DNA from: a virus
Taxonomy: Duplodnaviria > Caudoviricetes
Reading direction: 5' to 3' (one strand)
DNA length: 64,000 nt
IMG/VR virus record: IMGVR_UViG_3300024346_000006
Below are positions 58,282 through 64,000 of this stretch, in pieces; position 1 is the stretch's first letter; the number at the start of each line of letters is the position of its first letter. A model generated the notes under the pieces. It did not search any database. It was not told the origin of the DNA and worked only from the letters and a program-made list of their open reading frames with translations. The translations under genes were made by a program, and so were the position numbers.

Positions 58282-58488
58282 TTAAATAGTCCACTTCCTT
58301 TGTTCTTCAAAAACGATTTGTGCCGCTTGATAGTAATCACGATCTTCGTCATTCATATGACTGAAGTAAAGTCCAACTTTCTCCAGTTCAACCATAAACT
58401 CTTCTGGCGACTCAATATGTCGCTGACTTTCTAAACTCTCCTGTACAGTATCCATAAGAATTTTTATTTTTTCTTGTATTTTCGACAT
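58282..58488 (-). CDS. Hypothetical protein
   Basis: AGGAG RBS. Confidence 0.7.
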   Translation of the reverse strand: MSKIQEKIKILMDTVQESLESQRHIESPEEFMVELEKVGLYFSHMNDEDRDYYQAAQIVFEEQRKWTI

Positions 58489-58671
58489 TTGTAACTCCTT
58501 AAATATATTACTTAGTCGAAAAACTAAAAATGTAATATACCACTTTACATTTCTCCCATCTCAAAAGACCAATATTTTCCATCAGACCTAAGTTTTGCAA
58601 GAACATCTATTGCCTGTTCTTTCGTCAGTGCTTCCCAACGGAATTTTTCTTCACTAAATCTTTCTTTCACT

Positions 58672-58920
58672 TCAACAAAAAACATCTAAGTACTCCCGAT
58701 TACTAGTTTCCAAAACTACGATGTGTCCAAAATTCTCTTCAAACACTTTAAGAAGATTAAGATAATCTCCAGATTTCATATCTTGTATAATAGACTCCGA
58801 ATCTACACCACATATAGATGAGAGTTTTTCGGCCATCCCAAAAAGAACAAATGCATTGCCTTGGGGCCCATCTAAATCGATATGAATTTTTTCATTGTAT
58901 TTTTTCGAACGAACTGCCAC
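58672..58920 (-). CDS. Hypothetical protein
   Basis: IDLDGPQGNAFVLFG..MKSGDY..LLKVF motif. Confidence 0.7.
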   Translation of the reverse strand: MAVRSKKYNEKIHIDLDGPQGNAFVLFGMAEKLSSICGVDSESIIQDMKSGDYLNLLKVFEENFGHIVVLETSNREYLDVFC

Positions 58921-58923
58921 GAA

Positions 58924-59295
58924 TTACGCTCCTGTATATTCGTAAGGTTTGTTCCACTTACCGACATTAATGTTGGTGTAGTGTGAACGACTAAAGTAAT
59001 CAGTCATCGCATCATCGTTGTTGAAGTAGTTAGGGCCGTGCATGGCCGCTAACAACTTGTTAAGGAACTTCCTAGCAACGCCTTCATAATGCTCATCGAT
59101 CCAGTACTCATTGACTTGGATGTAACGATCGCCGTGAGTGTAGTTGTCAGAGAAGTCAATCTTGCCTGATTTGATGTTTACGCAAAGCGTTGAGTGATTG
59201 TTGACAGAAATACTGCCCTTCATGCCGAACTCTGTAAGGACTGCTTTGATAGCAGGAGCGAGTTCTTTCTTCATTTTTTGTGATACATATGCCAT
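58924..59295 (-). CDS. Conserved-looking early phage protein
   Basis: MAYVSQKMKKELAPAIKAVL, NDDAMTDYF..INVGKWNKPY. Confidence 0.8.
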   Translation of the reverse strand: MAYVSQKMKKELAPAIKAVLTEFGMKGSISVNNHSTLCVNIKSGKIDFSDNYTHGDRYIQVNEYWIDEHYEGVARKFLNKLLAAMHGPNYFNNDDAMTDYFSRSHYTNINVGKWNKPYEYTGA

Positions 59296-59336
59296 AATTT
59301 AGATCCTCATCACTGTTTTCATCAACTTACATATAT

Positions 59337-59365
59337 AATATAATACTTTTTGGGGTGTTTGTCAA
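59337..59365 (-). promoter_or_regulatory. Sigma70-type early promoter
   Basis: TTGACA-N17-TATATT. Confidence 0.75.
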
Positions 59366-59700
59366 GCCCTAAAGAAGAATTTTTTACATATTTCATCAAT
59401 TTTTTTACTTTCCAAGTTCCATTCGCAGAGATAATGCTCTAGTTTTCTATAACAATACGCATCCGATTGAAGATCAAACGGTTCTGCATCGTTTTTTCCG
59501 ACTTGATACATGGTTTTGAGGGCGGGAATCCAACTACAATCGTAAATCATCATAGCTTGTCTTAGGGCAGACTTGAAAGCACTAAGTCTTTCTTTATAAT
59601 ATTCTTCGTGATATGCTTCGAAGTCGGGTTCTGGATAATCTGGCTCATCCCAAAGTCCATCTTCCATCAAACCAACAACATAATTACCCATCTTCGACAT
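59362..59700 (-). CDS. Hypothetical protein
   Basis: GAGGTG RBS before ATG at 59700. Confidence 0.7.
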   Translation of the reverse strand: MSKMGNYVVGLMEDGLWDEPDYPEPDFEAYHEEYYKERLSAFKSALRQAMMIYDCSWIPALKTMYQVGKNDAEPFDLQSDAYCYRKLEHYLCEWNLESKKIDEICKKFFFRA

Positions 59701-59731
59701 TTCTTTCACCTCTTTTGTTCACTATATTTAC

Positions 59732-59760
59732 ATAATACAGTAAAATTACGATAAAGTCAA
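59732..59760 (-). promoter_or_regulatory. Sigma70-type early promoter
   Basis: TTGACT-N17-TATTAT. Confidence 0.7.
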
Positions 59761-59819
59761 GGAATATTTTACACTTTCTTGCACATAATTCAAGGAATAT
59801 TTTACACTTTCTTGCACAT
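59757..59819. repeat. 30-nt perfect direct repeat x2 (period 33)
   Basis: TCAAGGAATATTTTACACTTTCTTGCACAT at 59757-59786 and 59790-59819. Confidence 0.9.
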
Positions 59820-60028
59820 TAGTAGTCTGTCAGGTATTTTGACCAGTATTCGCTCCAAAGGTCTGCGATAAATTCATCAATTTCTTCTTGACTCCAGTGC
59901 TCAACGAGTTCTTTTGATTTCATACACTCGTTTTTGGACTGTTCTAAACTTTCAGACTCCTGTACGGCCTGAATTACTATCTCTTCAAATGCTTCTTCTT
60001 GTTGGCACTGACGTTCAGCCAAATTCAT
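59819..60028 (-). CDS. Hypothetical acidic protein
   Basis: ORF track; AGGAG RBS. Confidence 0.65.
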   Translation of the reverse strand: MNLAERQCQQEEAFEEIVIQAVQESESLEQSKNECMKSKELVEHWSQEEIDEFIADLWSEYWSKYLTDY

Positions 60029-60032
60029 TCAG

Positions 60033-60485
60033 TTAAACTCCTATGAATTTCCATCCATGAGTGGTAATAAATAATTCAGATAAGTCTTTTTCTAACGAAA
60101 ACGCTTCGATTTCCCATGGACGTTCTTCATATTTAGTTTCTGAGGGTATTTGGCCACCCTTCCACAACTGATGTTTGACTGAGTGTTGTACCAATTCTTT
60201 ACGAACATACTGTTTTACATGAACCATCTCATGCAAAATTGTCTCAACAAAGTCTTTTGCTGATAATTTGGAATCAACACGGACATTGTACCAACGATCA
60301 TCATCGTCAATACAATCGCCCCAGATGCCTTCTTTACCATTTAAGTCTGGAATGAGTTCAACTTCGACAACAACATTTCTGTGTCGAGGAAATAAAATAC
60401 TTTTAGCAAAAGTTACCGCTAACTCTGCCAGTTTTCTTTTATTTTTAGTGGAACCTTTTACATAGAGTTCTTCAAAATCTACCAT
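60033..60485 (-). CDS. Zincin-like metallopeptidase (HEXXH)
   Basis: TILHEMVHVKQY...PWEIEA. Confidence 0.85.
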   Translation of the reverse strand: MVDFEELYVKGSTKNKRKLAELAVTFAKSILFPRHRNVVVEVELIPDLNGKEGIWGDCIDDDDRWYNVRVDSKLSAKDFVETILHEMVHVKQYVRKELVQHSVKHQLWKGGQIPSETKYEERPWEIEAFSLEKDLSELFITTHGWKFIGV

Positions 60486-60514
60486 AACAACCTCTATCTG
60501 TTCCCTATACTATT

Positions 60515-60543
60515 AATATAAGTACTCCACACACAAATGTCAA
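60515..60543 (-). promoter_or_regulatory. Sigma70-type early promoter
   Basis: TTGACA-N17-TATATT. Confidence 0.75.
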
Positions 60544-60551
60544 GCTATAAT

Positions 60552-60767
60552 TTAAAGATTTTTTATTTTTTTATCAGGTTTTTTTGTTAATTCTTTAACT
60601 ATTTTATGAAACTCTACTGAATCTTCTGGAATTACTTTTTCCATTGTGTTTAATAAAACAGACGCACCCATACAGAAACCTTCGAAGTGTGCTTTTTTCC
60701 AAGTTCTGGTAAGTGCGATTATAAAGAATAACCCGATGGTGATTATCATCCACCATTCTAGGTACAT
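60552..60767 (-). CDS. Small membrane-anchored hypothetical protein
   Basis: N-terminal hydrophobic segment; AGGA RBS. Confidence 0.65.
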   Translation of the reverse strand: MYLEWWMIITIGLFFIIALTRTWKKAHFEGFCMGASVLLNTMEKVIPEDSVEFHKIVKELTKKPDKKIKNL

Positions 60768-60781
60768 GTGTTATCCTTTTT

Positions 60782-61012
60782 TTAATTATATTTACTAAAG
60801 TAAATGTCTATGAGAGAAGGAATTTCTTCTAAAACAAGCATAGCTATGTCAGCCGAATCTTCTTTAGTTTCTTGATATGATCTTACCTTTAAACCAATCT
60901 GTGTTAGTATCCACTCAAGATACTCTACACGTTCTTTATTTTCATTCTGTATATAAGGTAGGGGCGGGGTACTAAACAATTCTAGTTGTGTTTGGTGCAT
61001 AATATTCTCCAT
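60782..61012 (-). CDS. Hypothetical protein
   Basis: ORF track. Confidence 0.6.
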   Translation of the reverse strand: MENIMHQTQLELFSTPPLPYIQNENKERVEYLEWILTQIGLKVRSYQETKEDSADIAMLVLEEIPSLIDIYFSKYN

Positions 61013-61029
61013 TTTTTATTTTTTATTAT

Positions 61030-61239
61030 TTAAGAATATGCCGTTTCTAGAACCCAAGCCATTGAAGCTTCCCAACCATCTCTCCACGCCTGTTTCAGAA
61101 AATCATCATCCGTCCATGGACAATGATCGAAACTAAGACCTTCACGGCACGCCAATGCGCCTTGTTGGAATGCTTCTCTGTATTTCACAATAGTTCTTTT
61201 ATTATGAAATAAACTTTTTTCTAACTCATCATTGTGCAT
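61030..61239 (-). CDS. Rmf/CrpP-like small protein
   Basis: AFQQGALACREG...CPW.....QAWRDGW pattern. Confidence 0.6.
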   Translation of the reverse strand: MHNDELEKSLFHNKRTIVKYREAFQQGALACREGLSFDHCPWTDDDFLKQAWRDGWEASMAWVLETAYS

Positions 61240-61417
61240 TTTTTGATAAATTTACAACGACTCCAGTGTTCCACTTTTTAGCTTCAATAAGAGCATCTTC
61301 TTTATTGTCAAATGTTAGGACAGAATCGGTAGTTGCCCAACTATTTCCGGTTTTTTCTCTAACATATTCATATTCGCCCTCATCGATTTCGATTTGGACT
61401 CCATATACTATATTCAT
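61229..61417 (-). CDS. Hypothetical protein (62 aa, MNIVYG)
   Basis: AGGA RBS; trimmed start. Confidence 0.6.
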   Translation of the reverse strand: MNIVYGVQIEIDEGEYEYVREKTGNSWATTDSVLTFDNKEDALIEAKKWNTGVVVNLSKNAQ

Positions 61418-61437
61418 ATTTAGTTCCTTTCGAAAAA

Positions 61438-61641
61438 CTAATCTCCGATATGATTCCACTTTAAGAGTTCAACATCACCTTCAGTGTCCCTACGAAAACG
61501 TAAGTATCCGTTTTCAATAAGTTGATCTACAGTCGCTTCGATTGCTGCATAATTATTTTCTTCTTTGTCTCCACGACCCCATATAAAACCAAACACAGTG
61601 AAAACGACTGCAGTAATTAACATCCAGATTTCTATTTCCAT
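61438..61641 (-). CDS. Small membrane-anchored hypothetical protein
   Basis: AGGAG RBS; N-terminal TM; TVDQLIENGYL. Confidence 0.7.
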   Translation of the reverse strand: MEIEIWMLITAVVFTVFGFIWGRGDKEENNYAAIEATVDQLIENGYLRFRRDTEGDVELLKWNHIGD

Positions 61642-61671
61642 TTTTTGTCTCCTTTAAGATTTTGATATAAT

Positions 61672-61836
61672 CTAGTATTCTTCATCCGCAAGAGCGTTAA
61701 GAGCAGGAATTGCCCAAAACATTAAAGTTAATCCAAGAAGTGAACCAAGGATTGCTTCCGTAAAGGTAGCAGTATCCTGTTCAAGTCCACCAACAGAACC
61801 CATCACTAACAACATTCCAATCATAAAACGAATCAT
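61672..61836 (-). CDS. 54 aa two-TM protein (not in ORF track)
   Basis: MIRFMIGMLLVMGSVGGLEQ...GLTLMFWAIPAL; AGGA RBS. Confidence 0.6.
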   Translation of the reverse strand: MIRFMIGMLLVMGSVGGLEQDTATFTEAILGSLLGLTLMFWAIPALNALADEEY

Positions 61837-61859
61837 AATATAATCCTTTCGTTATTTCA

Positions 61860-62138
61860 CTATATTGCATACTCTGTATTCTTTTTGAGTTGCCATTTCT
61901 CCAGTACAGGAAGTCCAAACTCGTCTTCGTCTACCGCAATGTAGGCCACAGTCTTCTTGACTATAGCATAACGATATCCAGTCATACCAGCAACACCTTG
62001 TCCACCTACCCAAACCTTGTGCGGAAAGTCTTCGCAGAAGTTGAACGGATCATCGTTGAGTGAATATTCAAAGTAATTACCCACTTCCTTCTCTACGAAA
62101 CAACCTATTGGGTCTTTGGTGTAGGTGTAATATGCCAT
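61860..62138 (-). CDS. Hypothetical protein
   Basis: AGGA RBS; FPHKVWVG..GYRYAIVKKTVAYIAVDE. Confidence 0.7.
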   Translation of the reverse strand: MAYYTYTKDPIGCFVEKEVGNYFEYSLNDDPFNFCEDFPHKVWVGGQGVAGMTGYRYAIVKKTVAYIAVDEDEFGLPVLEKWQLKKNTEYAI

Positions 62139-62171
62139 GTACTGTGTCCTTTGCCCCTAACTGTTACATAC

Positions 62172-62200
62172 ATTATACGATCTAATTAGAAGTTTGTCAA
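62172..62200 (-). promoter_or_regulatory. Sigma70-type early promoter (perfect consensus)
   Basis: TTGACA-N17-TATAAT. Confidence 0.8.
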
Positions 62201-62592
62201 GCACTTTTTTCGAATATCCAATCCACACTTAACCAATCAGTATCTTCTGGCATCAATTGTACTTGTCCATCAAACTGTTCTTTTTCTTTGAGAGCATTAT
62301 AAACACCCGCATTGTTCATGCGTAGTCCATAACTGTCTTTGTGACATACATAACAACTACCACTTTCTCCCCAAAACTCAAAGTATTCATCTTCTTTGGT
62401 TAGTTTGGAAATACCTGAGTTCATACGCCAACTATCACCATCGAGATAACCACCAGACCATCCTGCTAACACTTTGTAGAAAGGAAATGCGCCTTTACCT
62501 GGCTTGATCTTTAACACTACCCAATTGTCTGGAAAATAATTATTCACATTAACCCCAATCTTTAAAGTTTCCACTCTCTTCGTTATCCTCAT
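62197..62592 (-). CDS. Hypothetical protein (true start probably near 62549)
   Basis: PDNWVVLKI, YKVLAGWSGGYLDGDSWRMNSGI, GESGSCYVC. Confidence 0.75.
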   Translation of the reverse strand: MRITKRVETLKIGVNVNNYFPDNWVVLKIKPGKGAFPFYKVLAGWSGGYLDGDSWRMNSGISKLTKEDEYFEFWGESGSCYVCHKDSYGLRMNNAGVYNALKEKEQFDGQVQLMPEDTDWLSVDWIFEKSA

Positions 62593-62791
62593 AACCAGCT
62601 TTATATGCCATGATTTCGTCGGGGGTCATACCATCTATCATTATCGCTTCGGATTGATAGGTAGCTCCTACAAAATAGTGAGGACAAAACCCTCTTCGAT
62701 AGTAACTATCAGCACCCCCTCTATCGTAAGGGCCTCCATGGCGTTCATCATATTCAATTTTCGTTTTCAATTTTTCTTCGATTCTTTTCAT
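62549..62791 (-). CDS. Hypothetical protein
   Basis: RHGGPYDRGGADSYYRR..Y.AGY motif. Confidence 0.75.
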   Translation of the reverse strand: MKRIEEKLKTKIEYDERHGGPYDRGGADSYYRRGFCPHYFVGATYQSEAIMIDGMTPDEIMAYKAGYEDNEESGNFKDWG

Positions 62792-62852
62792 AATATATTA
62801 AAGACTTTGACCAGACCGATTTGACCGATTGACCGAAGTTTTGTTTCTATTC

Positions 62853-62900
62853 TATTTATAAGTACTCTAATAATATATCATAAATATAGAGAGGAGTCAA
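62853..62900 (-). promoter_or_regulatory. Sigma70-type promoter (62872-62900) plus downstream TATAAATA (62853-62860)
   Basis: TTGACT-N17-TATATT; exact late consensus. Confidence 0.65.
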
Positions 62901-62906
62901 GAGAAA

Positions 62907-63095
62907 ATGTCTGAAGGAATGTCAAATAGAACCATGGAAAGAATGCGTGTCTTAGAAGAGTCTCTCAACACTGCACACGATAAAATCAACTCACTGGAGA
63001 TGGCACTCTATTTCGCAAAGAAACAAGAGAAAGAACTTCAAGAAAAGATTTCGAAATACGAGAGTCTTCTTTCCTCACCTTTGAATTCCCTTTAA
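62907..63095 (+). CDS. Small coiled-coil protein (lone + strand gene in the early region)
   Basis: GAGGAG RBS; heptad pattern. Confidence 0.6.
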   Translation: MSEGMSNRTMERMRVLEESLNTAHDKINSLEMALYFAKKQEKELQEKISKYESLLSSPLNSL

Positions 63096-63674
63096 GCAGT
63101 CCGAAATCAAACTGACAGTTCTTTTAGATTGAACAATCTCATAGTGATTACGGTCAATTGCATAGTAGTCAACATCATCTCGACACATCATTGATTCCAT
63201 TGTGACGATGCCATCATTCTTTCCTGCTATTAAAGGAACATCTCCAGTCGTTGTAATCACCTGTTTCCAAGGAATAGAGATTTTAATCTTTCGAGAATTT
63301 GAAATAAAACGACTTGTGGGAACAATATCTGCGAACAATTGATATTGAGGTGCAAACCATCTTCCCCATTGTGCTACTTCAGAACCACCAAAAGGAGTTG
63401 CAAGTGAAACTGCCTGGGAAGAGTTATATGGAAATTCTTCCTGTAAATAGATTCCGTAGATGCCTCCCAGAGAATGCATGATATAAAACAACTTATCATT
63501 CGGACGCATTTGTTCTCTCAAAGTTTCCTTTAGAAATTCTAAATTCTCTTGTGCAGTTGCATCTTTGGAACTGTAGTTAAGATATATTGGATTTTTTACA
63601 TTGATGTTCTTTTGAATATACGCAAACGTTCTCTCAGTTGCAGTCGCACCATGTATGTAGACAACTCTCATCAT
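63075..63674 (-). CDS. Alpha/beta hydrolase
   Basis: YIHGA, MHSLGG nucleophile elbow, LATPFGGS, NDGIV, NHYEIV. Confidence 0.88.
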   Translation of the reverse strand: MMRVVYIHGATATERTFAYIQKNINVKNPIYLNYSSKDATAQENLEFLKETLREQMRPNDKLFYIMHSLGGIYGIYLQEEFPYNSSQAVSLATPFGGSEVAQWGRWFAPQYQLFADIVPTSRFISNSRKIKISIPWKQVITTTGDVPLIAGKNDGIVTMESMMCRDDVDYYAIDRNHYEIVQSKRTVSLISDCLKGIQR

Positions 63675-63973
63675 TTCTTAAACGCCTCCCAGAACATACC
63701 CATACATACCAGTATGCCACCAAACAGTAACCATACAACTGCTGAACCAAAACCCTCCGAATACCAAACAAATGGAATTGCGCCTAACCATACAGTTTTT
63801 GCAAGATAACTTTTCCAATTCCAGAGTATGTAAAAGGCTCCATCCCAACTAATCATTTTATCAGGTTTTTCTGGGCCAAAATCCAGTTTAACTTTGGGTT
63901 TATCTTTATTCATCCACCAAACCCACCAAACTATGGGAACAAAAAGTATTAGGAATGCTGTGAGATCAGACAT
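63671..63973 (-). CDS. Membrane hypothetical protein
   Basis: Several hydrophobic segments; coupled to the hydrolase start. Confidence 0.65.
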   Translation of the reverse strand: MSDLTAFLILFVPIVWWVWWMNKDKPKVKLDFGPEKPDKMISWDGAFYILWNWKSYLAKTVWLGAIPFVWYSEGFGSAVVWLLFGGILVCMGMFWEAFKK

Positions 63974-64000
63974 CGAATTATTCTTTTCCTTCTCTTTGAA

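Noticed and set aside
1-64000. Stop-codon reassignment, introns/inteins, homing endonucleases, DGR
   Set aside because: Long ORFs are intact in code 11; no reverse transcriptase, LAGLIDADG/GIY-YIG/HNH or Hint motifs were recognised by eye

Overview
AT-rich 64 kb segment of a large T4-like myophage, probably marine and infecting an alphaproteobacterium. The host call is inferred from a permuted alphaproteobacterial-type tmRNA, a DUF1127 protein and a small OM beta-strand protein. 1-44.5 kb is the late structural block: three tandem paralogous virion-protein genes, fibre/whisker genes, a DUF4815/VrlC-like protein, gp8-gp7-gp6-gp25-gp5-hub-gp53-gp48, then divergent gp4-gp2-gp54-like-gp26-gp51-tape measure. 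44.5-64 kb is a minus-strand early/middle block: gp32, gp59, gp33, exonuclease, PhoH, tmRNA, M15 endolysin, Mom-like GNAT, peroxiredoxin, SET and AspH-like enzymes, five tRNAs and many small ORFs behind sigma70-type promoters. Highlights: a two-piece tmRNA with a long structured intervening sequence, a candidate -1 frameshift fusing gp26 and gp51, a gp5 with two peptidoglycan hydrolase domains (one nested in a split CBM-like motif), and a candidate structured ncRNA in the tRNA cluster. All family assignments come from motif recognition by eye; no database searches were run.
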